From IMG/VR virus record IMGVR_UViG_3300002461_000254, positions 1 to 59,137 of that record: a stretch of 59,137 nucleotides of DNA. One strand, written 5' to 3'. Positions 28,663 to 38,379 of this stretch are shown piece after piece (the first letter of the stretch is position 1; each line of letters begins with the position of its first letter). The notes below the pieces were generated by a model. The model was not told the DNA's origin. It saw only the letters and a program-made list of their open reading frames with translations, and did no database searches. Origin of the DNA: a virus (Duplodnaviria > Caudoviricetes). The translations under genes were made by a program, and so were the position numbers.

Positions 28663-28893
28663 ATGCCGCATAGAACGAGCCCGCGTTGCGCCGTCTGCGC
28701 ATTCTTCAGCCCCGTGCTTGGGAACCCCGAGTTTCAGCCGCCCGCGAACCTGCGGATGGGCGAGTGTCGCGCCATGCCTCCGAAGGCAGCTGGTGACGAT
28801 GACGGCGCGCTGATCCGGGGGCGCGGCATTTGGCCGGCCGTCGAGCCGGAAGACTGGTGTGGCCATCATGCGGAGCGTCCCGATGCAGGATGA
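28663..28893 (+). CDS. small Cys-rich (putative Zn-binding) protein
   Basis: CAVCAFF...GECRAMPP...WPAV...DWCGHH. Confidence 0.65.
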   Translation: MPHRTSPRCAVCAFFSPVLGNPEFQPPANLRMGECRAMPPKAAGDDDGALIRGRGIWPAVEPEDWCGHHAERPDAG

Positions 28894-30187
28894 AACCGGG
28901 CCGCTCACCGTCGAGCAGATTGTCTGGCACCGGAAGTTCGGCGTGGGCACGGTAGCCGTCCCAGACGATACCGCGGGGATGGTCGGTGTTGAGTTCGCCA
29001 CCGTGGGACGGAAGCGCGTCATGCGTTCATTCCTTTCCACGCGCCCATTTCCCGCCATCGAGCCGGCCGCTTTTGAGCCGGCGCGGCGATCCGGCCCAGC
29101 CCTAACCATCGTCGCAGCATCAACACTCGCCGCAGGGCGTGCCACGCCGCGGCAAGAGCATGTCGCGGGAATGATCCCGGCCAAGAATGTGACGCTGCTG
29201 TTCGGAGACGGCGGCACCGGCAAGAGCCTCCTGGCACTGCAACTCGCGTTCTCAACAGCGACCGGCCATCCATGGATAGGGATGCCCACCGAAGAGGGCC
29301 GCACGCTGTTCCTCACGGCCGAGGACGAGGTTGAGGAGGTGCATAGGCGCTTGGAGAGCATCTGCCTGAAGACGGGCTATGACCTCGCCGAGGTGGCCGA
29401 GCTCCACATCCTCAGCCTCGCCGGTAAGGACGCCCTCCTGGCCACGGCTGAGGGCCGGTCGGGCATTCTCCGGCAGACGCCACTACTCGGACAGTTGGCC
29501 GCCTGGATCGGCCAGCGCAAACCCGCTCTGGTGGTCCTTGACACCCTGGCCGACCTATTCGGTGGAGAGGAGAACGTCCGATCCCAGGCGCGTCAGTTCA
29601 TCTCCATTCTCCGTGGGATCGCCATCGAGCACGGCGCGACCATCGTGCTTCTCGGACACCCATCGCTGTCCGGCATGACCAGCGGCGCCGGTACGTCCGG
29701 CAACACAGCCTGGAGCAACTCCGTCCGCTCCCGCCTCTACCTCGAAAGACAGGTCGTGCGCGAAGGTGAAAGGATGGCAGAGCCGGATCCCGATGTCCGC
29801 GTCCTGCGCGTCATGAAGGCCAACTATGGGCGCGTCGGCACCGAGTTGCGAGTGCGCTGGCAGGACGGGGTGTTCGTGCCCGTCGAGAACAGTATCGGAG
29901 GTGCTGGTCTGGTGGCAGCCGGGTTAAAGGCCGAGCGCGTGTTCCTCGACCTCGTGGCCACATACACAGCGGAAGGCCGAAGCGTCAGCCCAGCGCCGTC
30001 AGCCGGCTACGCCCCCACGGTGTTCGCCGCCGACGCCAGGGCAGAGGGGCTTACCAAGGGCGCCCTCGCCAAGGCCATGAACCGATTGTTCGCCTCAGGA
30101 CAGATCGCCGTGGAAAGCTATGGCCCTCCCTCCAAGCTCAGGCAGCGGATCGTGGTCAAGGAAGTGAGGCGCTATGATGCCGATTAG
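28883..30187 (+). CDS. AAA_25/RepA-like SF4 helicase
   Basis: GDGGTGKS, LVVLDTL, LLGHPS, SGNTAWSNSVRSR, KANY. Confidence 0.9.
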   Translation: MQDETGPLTVEQIVWHRKFGVGTVAVPDDTAGMVGVEFATVGRKRVMRSFLSTRPFPAIEPAAFEPARRSGPALTIVAASTLAAGRATPRQEHVAGMIPAKNVTLLFGDGGTGKSLLALQLAFSTATGHPWIGMPTEEGRTLFLTAEDEVEEVHRRLESICLKTGYDLAEVAELHILSLAGKDALLATAEGRSGILRQTPLLGQLAAWIGQRKPALVVLDTLADLFGGEENVRSQARQFISILRGIAIEHGATIVLLGHPSLSGMTSGAGTSGNTAWSNSVRSRLYLERQVVREGERMAEPDPDVRVLRVMKANYGRVGTELRVRWQDGVFVPVENSIGGAGLVAAGLKAERVFLDLVATYTAEGRSVSPAPSAGYAPTVFAADARAEGLTKGALAKAMNRLFASGQIAVESYGPPSKLRQRIVVKEVRRYDAD

Positions 30188-30190
30188 GTA

Positions 30191-30290
30191 CCGACGCCCT
30201 GCCGACGCCCTTCCAACGCCCTTCCAACGGGGTGTGTGCTCCAACCCCCCATACCCCCCACCGGGTTGGAACACCCCGGGCGTTGGAACG
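30191..30290. repeat. iteron-like repeats (putative satellite ori)
   Basis: 11-nt tandem CCRACGCCCTK x3 plus a partial copy, and inverted copies GTTGGAA / GGGCGTTGGAA. Confidence 0.65.
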
Positions 30291-30533
30291 CCGGGGTCAA
30301 CCCGCGAGACTGAAGGCAGGCCAGCCCGCGACAGCAACGCGAGGAGGTGCCAATGTCGATAGGAGGGCAGAATAGATGGCGAAAAACTCCCCCAGATCGA
30401 AAGGCCATGCGACGGCTCCGATACACGGTAGCGGAGCTATGTGCTTATTGGGGAACGCTTTTTTCGCTTGCGTTCATTCTTGCGGTCTCCTATCTTTAGC
30501 GGTGCTACAGCAATGCTAAGGAAGAGACGCAAG

Positions 30534-31193
30534 ATGCAGGTCTTCGGCTACATCCGAGTGAGCACGGCGGAGCAGTCCAAGCGGGGCGAAAGCCTGGATG
30601 CCCAGCGCCGCATGATCGAAGGCTATGCCATGATGAAGGGCTGGCAGCTGGCCGAGGTCTTCGTCGAGGCTGGGGTGTCTGGATCGGTCCCGTTGGCGGA
30701 ACGCCCTGAAGGAAAGCGACTGCTAGCCCTCGTCGAGAAGGGCAACGCGGTGATCACGCCGAAGCTAGACCGCATGTTCCGTTCGGCGGCCGATGCGCTC
30801 GCAACCCTTGAGGTTCTCAAGGCCGATGGTGTGTCGCTGCACATGATCGACCTCGGCGGCGATGTGTGCGGTAACGGCATCAGTAAGCTCGTCTTCACGA
30901 TCCTGTCTGCCGTCGCTGAGAGTGAGCGGGACCGCATCCGCGAGCGCATCCGGGACGTGAAGCAGAGCCTTGCCGCTCAGGGCCGATACAATGGCGGCAA
31001 GCGCCCCTTCGGCTTCGACGTTCTCGGCGATCGGCTTGTGCCGAACGAGGCGGAGCAGTCCGCCCTGGCCGACATGAGGGCGATGCGAGAGGCCGGTGCT
31101 AGCCTGCCAGCCATCGCGGCTAAGCACGGGACTCATGCGGCGACCGTGAAGCGATATCTTGAGCGCAAAGGCCATCTCGCCACCACATCTTGA
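30534..31193 (+). CDS. serine recombinase (resolvase family)
   Basis: GYIRVSTAEQ, GVSG, KLDRMFRS, VAESERDRIRER. Confidence 0.92.
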   Translation: MQVFGYIRVSTAEQSKRGESLDAQRRMIEGYAMMKGWQLAEVFVEAGVSGSVPLAERPEGKRLLALVEKGNAVITPKLDRMFRSAADALATLEVLKADGVSLHMIDLGGDVCGNGISKLVFTILSAVAESERDRIRERIRDVKQSLAAQGRYNGGKRPFGFDVLGDRLVPNEAEQSALADMRAMREAGASLPAIAAKHGTHAATVKRYLERKGHLATTS

Positions 31194-31301
31194 TTTGCGA
31201 CAGCCTATCGCATAGTCTTTCAGGCGTCGGCGTCGCTCCGACACGCTCATGGCGCCATCTGGCGAGCGGGCTCCCTCACCACTCAGGGAAGCCTCGTCAG
31301 C

Positions 31302-31967
31302 ATGCCGGCCGAAGCCCGCACCGATACCGAGAAGCAGCAGCGGTCAGCTAAGGCTCGGCGACTGCTGAAGCACCGTTGCAAGGTGTGCAACCATCCTGAG
31401 CGGGTGCGTATCGAAACGCTCCGCCTCGCGGGCGTCACCCTCGACAATCTCGCGGCCCGGTTCGGGCTTCAGCGCGACCTCATCTGGCGGCACATGAGGG
31501 ACCACGTCGACAGTGAGCGGCGCGCCCAGCTGATCGCCGACGTGCCCATGTCCGAACTAGCCGAGCGGGCAAACGCGGAAGGGACCAGCCTCCTCGATAA
31601 CCTGGCGATCGTCCGCAAGACCGTGATGGATGCGATGGTCGAGGCGGCGACGGTAAAGGACCGCCGCGCGACAGCATCGCTGGCCGGTCGGGCAACGGAA
31701 GTGCTGGTCGAGATGGGTCGGCTCACGGGCGAGATCCTCCGCAGCGGCCCAGTCACGAACGTGACGCAGAACGTCGCCGTGTTTATGGCCAGCCCAGCCT
31801 ATGCGAACCTTGAGGCGATGCTGATCCGCAAGCTTCAGCGGCACCCCGAGGCCCTTCGCGACGTGCTGGAGGGCTTGCAGGAGCTTCAGACAGCGCCTCC
31901 GGCAATTGAGGGAACGATCTCCCTTCCTGTGATCAGGGAGGCTGGCGATGACCGCGCTGCCGCGTGA
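31302..31967 (+). CDS. putative satellite terminase small subunit / HTH protein
   Basis: CKVCNHP plus HTH, directly upstream of the second terL. Confidence 0.55.
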   Translation: MPAEARTDTEKQQRSAKARRLLKHRCKVCNHPERVRIETLRLAGVTLDNLAARFGLQRDLIWRHMRDHVDSERRAQLIADVPMSELAERANAEGTSLLDNLAIVRKTVMDAMVEAATVKDRRATASLAGRATEVLVEMGRLTGEILRSGPVTNVTQNVAVFMASPAYANLEAMLIRKLQRHPEALRDVLEGLQELQTAPPAIEGTISLPVIREAGDDRAAA

Positions 31968-33255
31968 TGCAGACCTCTATGGGCGGCTGGCGAGCGCCCT
32001 GTCGAGCAGTTGGCGTCTTCGGGCTCGGCCCGATCAGCTGCCCCCGGAGGGGGAGGATTGGATCACCTGGCTCATCCTCGCCGGCCGCGGCTGGGGAAAG
32101 ACCCGCACGGGCGCCGAGTGGGTTCAGGAGCAGGTGATGAGCGGGGCGAGCCGCATCGCCCTAGTTGCGCCGACTGCCTCGGATGCCCGGGACGTCATGG
32201 TCGAGGGGGAGAGCGGGCTTTTGGCCATCGCTCCTCCGCACATGAGGCCGACCTATGAGCCATCGAAGCGCAGATTGCTGTGGCCGAACGGTGCCATTGG
32301 CACGACGTACAGCGCAGATGAGCCGGAGCGTCTGCGCGGGCCCCAGCACGACGCGGCATGGTGTGACGAGCTTGGCGCGTGGCGCTATCCCGAGGCGTGG
32401 CCGATGCTGCAGATGGGCCTTCGGCTCGGCGCGCGGCCGCGCTGTGTCGTGACGACGACCCCCCGACCGATCAAGCTGGTGCGGGACCTGGTGGAGCAGC
32501 AGGGCAGGGGCGTGGTGATCACGCGCGGCCGCACCCTGGACAATGCGGCGAACCTTGCGCCGACCTTCCTGAAGGCAATCGAGGGCCTGTACGGCGGCAC
32601 GAGGCTCGGCCGGCAGGAACTCGAAGGCGAGCTGCTAGAGGACACGCCCGGCGCGCTTTGGCAGCGGGCGTGGATTGATCGTGACCGGGTGGACCGGCCA
32701 CCTGAACTGGTGCGGATCGTTGTGGCCGTCGATCCGGCGGTGTCGAACAATGAGGGATCGGACGAGACAGGGATCGTCGTCGCCGGCATCTGCCGTCAGG
32801 GCCACGTCTACGTGCTCGACGACCTGACGCTGAAGGCCAGCCCCGAGGGATGGGCGAAAGCAGCGGTCAAGGCTTTCCATGGGTGGGAGGCGGACCGGAT
32901 CATCGCAGAGGTGAACAACGGCGGCGCGCTGGTCGAGGCCACCATTCGGATGGTCGATCAGAACGTGCCCTATCGAGAGGTGCGGGCGAGCCGCGGCAAG
33001 GTTTCCCGAGCGGAGCCGGTATCCGCTCTCTATGAGCAGCAGCGGTGCCATCACGTCGGGGCGTTCGATGCCCTCGAAGACCAGATGTGCGCCTTCACTA
33101 GCGACTTCGACCGCTCGAAGATGGGCTACTCCCCGGACCGGGTCGACGCCTTGGTCTGGGCGATTACCGAGCTGGCCGTCGACCAAAACCCCGTCAGATC
33201 GGCAGGTGTCTTCCTGACCAGCCGCGTGCGCCAGATCGGTGGAGCGGCATCATGA
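31948..33255 (+). CDS. terL: satellite terminase large subunit
   Basis: AGRGWGKT, AWCDE, VTTTP, SPDRVDAL; collinear with the helper TerL. Confidence 0.93.
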   Translation: MTALPRDADLYGRLASALSSSWRLRARPDQLPPEGEDWITWLILAGRGWGKTRTGAEWVQEQVMSGASRIALVAPTASDARDVMVEGESGLLAIAPPHMRPTYEPSKRRLLWPNGAIGTTYSADEPERLRGPQHDAAWCDELGAWRYPEAWPMLQMGLRLGARPRCVVTTTPRPIKLVRDLVEQQGRGVVITRGRTLDNAANLAPTFLKAIEGLYGGTRLGRQELEGELLEDTPGALWQRAWIDRDRVDRPPELVRIVVAVDPAVSNNEGSDETGIVVAGICRQGHVYVLDDLTLKASPEGWAKAAVKAFHGWEADRIIAEVNNGGALVEATIRMVDQNVPYREVRASRGKVSRAEPVSALYEQQRCHHVGAFDALEDQMCAFTSDFDRSKMGYSPDRVDALVWAITELAVDQNPVRSAGVFLTSRVRQIGGAAS

Positions 33256-33403
33256 CGGGTTTCCAGAACCACTCCGTGGACGCAGGCGCGCGAGGCGTCG
33301 GCGACTTCAATCAACTGCGAGATGGCGGGAGTGGTGACGCTTCCTTCGTCGATTGGTCGCCGCTCGCGGGCCTCGCACCTTTCCAACCGAAGAGGATCAC
33401 GAC

Positions 33404-33673
33404 ATGACGACCCGAACTTTTGTGACCGCCGGGGCAGGCCAGAAGCCGACCGACGAAGACTTCGAGGCTCTCCGCAAGAGGACCGACGCGGCGGTTGCCA
33501 GCGTCGAGGAGATGCTGAAGCCGGAGAATCTGACGAAGCTGGTCAGCGATGCCCTGGCGCCGGTTCTGAAGGATCTCGGCATCAAGCCGCAGACCGACGC
33601 GATGAACGCGGCCGGCGGGCGCAAGCCGGCGCCTGGCAGCAACCCGTTCAAACTCCCGAAGGCGGAGAACTGA
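33404..33673 (+). CDS. mini scaffold-like protein
   Basis: Ends NPFKLPKAEN versus helper scaffold PSFKLPKAEA. Confidence 0.7.
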   Translation: MTTRTFVTAGAGQKPTDEDFEALRKRTDAAVASVEEMLKPENLTKLVSDALAPVLKDLGIKPQTDAMNAAGGRKPAPGSNPFKLPKAEN

Positions 33674-33675
33674 CC

Positions 33676-34296
33676 ATGTCGAGCCCCTTCAGCAGCAAGT
33701 CGGCGGCGGATATTCGGGGCCGCCTCCTCGAAATCCGCCGAGAGGAGGAGCGCCACGCCGCGCGCGATCTTGACGCCGAACTGGCGGAGGTCATGGCGGC
33801 CGGCGGCGACCTCGACGCGATCGAGGCCAAGCACCTCGACGCCGAACGGGTCATGCGGCGCCTGCGAGTGGAGCGACGCGCGCTAGAGGCGGCGTTGCCG
33901 GAGGCCGAGCGGCGCGCTGGCGCGGCAGCGGTAGCCAAGTTCGCCGAAGAGCATGAGACCCTCGCCAAGGCGGCTCAGGCGGCTGCAGTGGCGGCTGTGG
34001 CGGCGTGGCAGCGGTTCCGCCAGGATCTGACCTCCTTCGCCGGCCATCAGGCGGAGGCCAGCCGGCTGACACACGCTGCGGATCAGGCGGCAAGCAACAG
34101 CGGCGCCGAGATGCCGATGATGGGCATGTTCAACAGCGCGGCGCTGACGGCTGTGCTCGCCGACCTCAACGAAGCCGATGCCGATATCCGCAGGACACTG
34201 GCGAGTGCGGACCAGCGCATGCACGTCGGCAAAAACTGGACACTCATGGCGCGTCCGATCGACGGCCCGCAGGCCGCCAATGACCAGGCTGCCTAA
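33676..34296 (+). CDS. all-helical coiled-coil hypothetical protein
   Basis: Ala/Glu/Arg-rich heptads. Confidence 0.65.
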   Translation: MSSPFSSKSAADIRGRLLEIRREEERHAARDLDAELAEVMAAGGDLDAIEAKHLDAERVMRRLRVERRALEAALPEAERRAGAAAVAKFAEEHETLAKAAQAAAVAAVAAWQRFRQDLTSFAGHQAEASRLTHAADQAASNSGAEMPMMGMFNSAALTAVLADLNEADADIRRTLASADQRMHVGKNWTLMARPIDGPQAANDQAA

Positions 34297-34534
34297 TCTG
34301 ACCGCAGCGGCCATCTTGCCTCGCCCGCCGGCATCTGCGGCGGCCATGCTGCAGGCCATGGAGCGGGCCGCGGAGCCGGCGCGCGCGGTGTTCGATCGCC
34401 AGCGCGGCCGGGCCATCGCGGCGCTCGACAGCACCGGCGCCCGCCAACTCGTTCTTGGGTTTCTGGACAACTTCCGGCGGTCCCGAAGCCTCTATCCGGA
34501 CCTGCCGGTCAGCGAAACCACCTGGAGACTTTAC

Positions 34535-34921
34535 ATGGACCTTTCCGACCTGATTTTCACCGATCGCGCCGTCATGACGCTTCGCCACCCCGTCTCGGGG
34601 GCGGCGATGAAAACGGACGACGGCGACCCGATCACCATCACGCTCGGCAGCATGGATTCGGCGGCATGGCGCCGGACCCAGTCCGACATCCTCGCCGAGG
34701 CGCCGGCCGGCAAGATCTCCGGCGACCAGATGGAGAACCACACCTTCCGCCTCCTCGCCGGCGTCACCCTCGGCTGGGACAACGTGATCGTCGACGGTGT
34801 GCGGCCGGCCTGCAACACCGAGGAGGCCGAGCGGCTGTATCGCAAGCTCCCCTGGCTGCGGCAGCAGGTCGAGGCCTTCGTCGGCAATCGCCAGAACTTC
34901 CACCGCAAGGCGGCGGCCTGA
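34535..34921 (+). CDS. tail assembly chaperone (may start at 34280)
   Basis: LRHPVSG...ITITLGSMDS...LLAGVTLGWDNV...PWLRQQVEAFVGNRQNF, immediately before a TMP. Confidence 0.7.
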   Translation: MDLSDLIFTDRAVMTLRHPVSGAAMKTDDGDPITITLGSMDSAAWRRTQSDILAEAPAGKISGDQMENHTFRLLAGVTLGWDNVIVDGVRPACNTEEAERLYRKLPWLRQQVEAFVGNRQNFHRKAAA

Positions 34922-34936
34922 TAAGGGGAGGCGAAC

Positions 34937-37594
34937 GTGACGGACATCGCACGGCTTGGCATTCAGGTCGACACCAACGCCGCGAAGGCGCGCGACGACC
35001 TCAAGGGACTGGCCGCGGCCAGCAAGGATGCCGAGCGTGCAGCGTCCGGCACGTCGTCTGCTTTCCAGGCGGCGGCAAACTCCGGCAGTCAGTTCGCCCG
35101 CGCTGCGCAAAGCTCGGTGCAGGCGAACGATCGCCTCACCACCAGCCTGAGGGGGCAGCGCGCCGCCCTCCAGAACCTATCGTTCCAGATCAACGATATC
35201 GCCACGTCGCTGGCGTCGGGATCCAGCCCCTTTCAGGTTCTCGCTCAGCAGGGCGGGCAGGTCATGCAGGTCTGGCAGCAGTCGCCGGGCGTGTTCGGCC
35301 AGGCGGCTACGGCGGTCGGCCGCTTCATGCTGTCGACCAAGGGGGCCGCCGCGACCGTCGCTGGCCTGACGATTGGAGGCGTGGCGCTCTATGAGCGCTG
35401 GGCCGGGGCGCAGCGCGAACTATCCCGCGCCCTTCAGGGTACCGGCCGGGACGCGGGGGCGACAACCGCGCTCCTAAACGCGGCGGCCGAAGCTGCTGCT
35501 CGTGCTCAGGGCGTCTCGGTAGCACAGGCGCGAGGGACAGTCGGGGCGCTGGCTAACACCGGCAGGGTCGGCGCGGGAATGCTGTCGCCGATTGCTTCCA
35601 TGCAGCGAGACCTTGCGGCCACCCTTGGCATTCCCGGAGCCGACGCGAACAAGCTCCTGGCCGAGTCGTTCGCAGATCCGATCCGCGGCGCGGAGATGCT
35701 GAACCAGCGTCTCGGCGGCCTCACTGAGCGCACGCGGCTCTACATCGCCGAGCTTGTCGCGAGCGGCAAGGAACAGCGAGCGCAGCAGGTCCTTATGGAC
35801 ACCTTCGCGCCGCGGCTCGGCAAGGCCAGCGAGCTGACCAGCATCTGGGCCCGGGCATGGGAGACGCTAGGCGCCAAGGCAGGCAACGCTGGAGACGCCA
35901 TCGGCCGAGCAATCGAGCGCGGGCTGGCCCAAGCCTCCGGACCGAGCTTCGCGGACCAGGCTGCCCAGCGTCTGGAGCAGCTTCAGGCACAGGCGCAGGG
36001 GCTGGTGGTCGACCGCGCGACCGGCCGGGAGCTTGGCAACCGGTCGGCTTTCGGTCCTCTCCAGGAGGATATCCAGAAAGAGAACGACGCCCGGAAGCGC
36101 GTGTCGGCCGAGCTGGAAATCCAGCGGGCGGCGATGCATGCCATCCGCGTCGCTCAGGACACCATCAACCTCGCCGTCGAGCGCCAGGCCGGCATGGAAG
36201 CGGAGATCGCTCGCCAGCGTCGGTCGATCGACCGCGGTACCGAAGCCGCGCGAAGCCTTGGCGTGCCCGAGCGGCAGCAGGTCGATCAGGTAACGAACCT
36301 GGCCGACGCATACCGTCGGCTCTACAAGGCCAAGGAAGACGCCTATCAGCGGCAGGGCGACGAAGGGGGCAACGAAGCCTATCAGCGAGCCCGCTCCGAG
36401 ATGATGACCGCGCAGCGAGCATTGCGCGATCAGCTTCAGGAAAATGGCCGGGGCGTCTTCGCCCGCGATGGAGCGCTGTTGCTGGACAACAATCAGCTTC
36501 TCGAGCGGCGCATCTCGCTTCAGGACCAGGTCAACCAGCGCGCCACGGTCGAGCGGCAACAGATCACCGCCGTCACAGCACAGCAGCAGCAGCAGGCTGC
36601 CGCGGCTCAGGTCATTCAGCAGGCGCGGGAACAGGGGGCGTCGGCAGGCAGCGCCGAGCTCGTCGCCGCCAAGGCTCTTGCGGCGGCGGAGACAGTCCGC
36701 GTCGGCATCAGTCACCAGCTGCTCCAGGCGGCCCGCGAGCGCATTCGGTCAACCCAGATGCAGATCGATGCCGAGCGCGCCTCGGCGGCCGTCATGGGCG
36801 GCTCAATCGCCGTCCAAGAGCGCGTGAGGCTGGAAACCCAGCTCATCAATGATGCTCGAAGAGAATATGCGCGGCTCGGCCTACAGATGCCGCAGGCCGA
36901 AATCGAGCACTATCGCCGGCTGGCGGAGGAAATGGGTCGCGTCCGCCAAGAGCAGGCGTTGATGCGCGCGACCCGCGATGCCTCGTTCGACCGTCAGACC
37001 ATGTTCATGGGCGACGGCGAGCGCAACATCGCAAACCAGTTGCGCGGCATCTACGGCGACGGCTGGCAAAGCCAAATGAACTCGGCGCTGGCGAGCCAAC
37101 TCAGGTTCAACGATCAGCTGCGCGCCACAGCCGACCTCATGTCCGGCTTCGGATCGGGAATGGTGTCAGACCTCCGTAGCGGCGTTGGCCTGTGGGGGGC
37201 GCTCGGCAATCAGGTGGCCCGCGTCGGCGACCGTCTAATGGCGATGGCGCTGGACAGTGCGCTGAGGTCTCTTCTCGGCTCGCTGCTTGGAGGCGGCGGT
37301 GGTGGTGGCGTCTTCGGGTCCCTACTCGGCGGTCTATTCGGCGGTGGCGGTGGGACCATTTCCCCCTTCGGGCAGTACGCCACGGGCGGCGCTGTCAGCG
37401 GCCCTGGCACAGGGACTAGCGACTCCATCTTAGCCCGGCTCTCACATGGGGAGTTTGTCGTGAACGCGAAGCAGACGGCTATCCATCGCCCCCTGCTAGA
37501 GGCGATCAATTCCGGCGTCCGCGGCTTCGCGGGCGGTGGGATGGTGCGGCCGTCCTATCCCGGCGTACATTGCGGCGAACTGGTGCTGCCATGA
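34937..37594 (+). CDS. satellite tail tape measure protein
   Basis: NLSFQINDIATSLASGSSPFQVLAQQGGQ; C-terminal ATGGAVSGPGTGTSDSILARLSHGEFVVNA. Confidence 0.9.
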   Translation: MTDIARLGIQVDTNAAKARDDLKGLAAASKDAERAASGTSSAFQAAANSGSQFARAAQSSVQANDRLTTSLRGQRAALQNLSFQINDIATSLASGSSPFQVLAQQGGQVMQVWQQSPGVFGQAATAVGRFMLSTKGAAATVAGLTIGGVALYERWAGAQRELSRALQGTGRDAGATTALLNAAAEAAARAQGVSVAQARGTVGALANTGRVGAGMLSPIASMQRDLAATLGIPGADANKLLAESFADPIRGAEMLNQRLGGLTERTRLYIAELVASGKEQRAQQVLMDTFAPRLGKASELTSIWARAWETLGAKAGNAGDAIGRAIERGLAQASGPSFADQAAQRLEQLQAQAQGLVVDRATGRELGNRSAFGPLQEDIQKENDARKRVSAELEIQRAAMHAIRVAQDTINLAVERQAGMEAEIARQRRSIDRGTEAARSLGVPERQQVDQVTNLADAYRRLYKAKEDAYQRQGDEGGNEAYQRARSEMMTAQRALRDQLQENGRGVFARDGALLLDNNQLLERRISLQDQVNQRATVERQQITAVTAQQQQQAAAAQVIQQAREQGASAGSAELVAAKALAAAETVRVGISHQLLQAARERIRSTQMQIDAERASAAVMGGSIAVQERVRLETQLINDARREYARLGLQMPQAEIEHYRRLAEEMGRVRQEQALMRATRDASFDRQTMFMGDGERNIANQLRGIYGDGWQSQMNSALASQLRFNDQLRATADLMSGFGSGMVSDLRSGVGLWGALGNQVARVGDRLMAMALDSALRSLLGSLLGGGGGGGVFGSLLGGLFGGGGGTISPFGQYATGGAVSGPGTGTSDSILARLSHGEFVVNAKQTAIHRPLLEAINSGVRGFAGGGMVRPSYPGVHCGELVLP

Positions 37595-38379
37595 CATGCA
37601 TTGTGATGTTTGCCGGAGACGACGGCGTGCTCGCCCTATCCGATACCGCCTGCATCTCGATGCGCGGCGAGATCATGTGCTTCATGGACAAGGTGGAGAT
37701 GCACCCGACCCGCCACATGTGCATCGCGCAATCTGGCCAAGCTGGTTTCCTCCCCGCCCTTTGGGTCGTGTTGGGCAACGAGATCAGCAGCCTCGACGAC
37801 TTCGAGGCCGCGTTCCCCGCTGCGGCAAGCTACGTCTACCGCCACATGATGTTGCAGACCGGCGGCAATGTGCTGGAGGTCGGGCTTGCCGTCGGTGGTT
37901 GGTCTGCGCGGCGCAACGGCTACACCCTTCTCTGTACGTCCTCCTACGAGAAGACGAGCCGCAACCTCGAAACAGACGAGATCACCGTGCGGGAGCCGTT
38001 CTCGTTCATCGAAGGCGGCATGTGGATGAGCGGCAACCCGGATCCCGACGACCTGCGGGCGGTCGGACTCGATCCCGATGACATTCGCGGGGAAATGGAT
38101 CGTCGCGATCGACTGGACTTCGGAACGCGGCTGGTCTTTGCCAAGCGGCGATCCTCAGGGCCACGCGAGCCTTCAGCGGAGAGCAGCGCGCCCTACTACC
38201 TCTGCGGGGGCAGCATTGTCATGTCCCGACTGTGGGACGGCGGAGCATCTCAGCAGGTGCTTTACCGCTGGAAAGACCAAGTTGGCGACACGGTAGACCT
38301 CTCACAGGACGAACCGCCGCCCAAGTTCTCGTTCGGCAACGTCGAAGACACGCCGGTTGAAACCGCCGAACAGCCGTGA
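37591..38379 (+). CDS. hypothetical protein, possible Ntn-hydrolase fold
   Basis: N-terminus MTCIVMFAGDDGVLALSDT. Confidence 0.45.
   Translation: MTCIVMFAGDDGVLALSDTACISMRGEIMCFMDKVEMHPTRHMCIAQSGQAGFLPALWVVLGNEISSLDDFEAAFPAAASYVYRHMMLQTGGNVLEVGLAVGGWSARRNGYTLLCTSSYEKTSRNLETDEITVREPFSFIEGGMWMSGNPDPDDLRAVGLDPDDIRGEMDRRDRLDFGTRLVFAKRRSSGPREPSAESSAPYYLCGGSIVMSRLWDGGASQQVLYRWKDQVGDTVDLSQDEPPPKFSFGNVEDTPVETAEQP

Noticed and set aside
31948-33255. Second terL/TMP as an assembly duplication or a second full prophage
   Set aside because: Sequences are diverged, bounded by att repeats, and lack portal, capsid and tube genes
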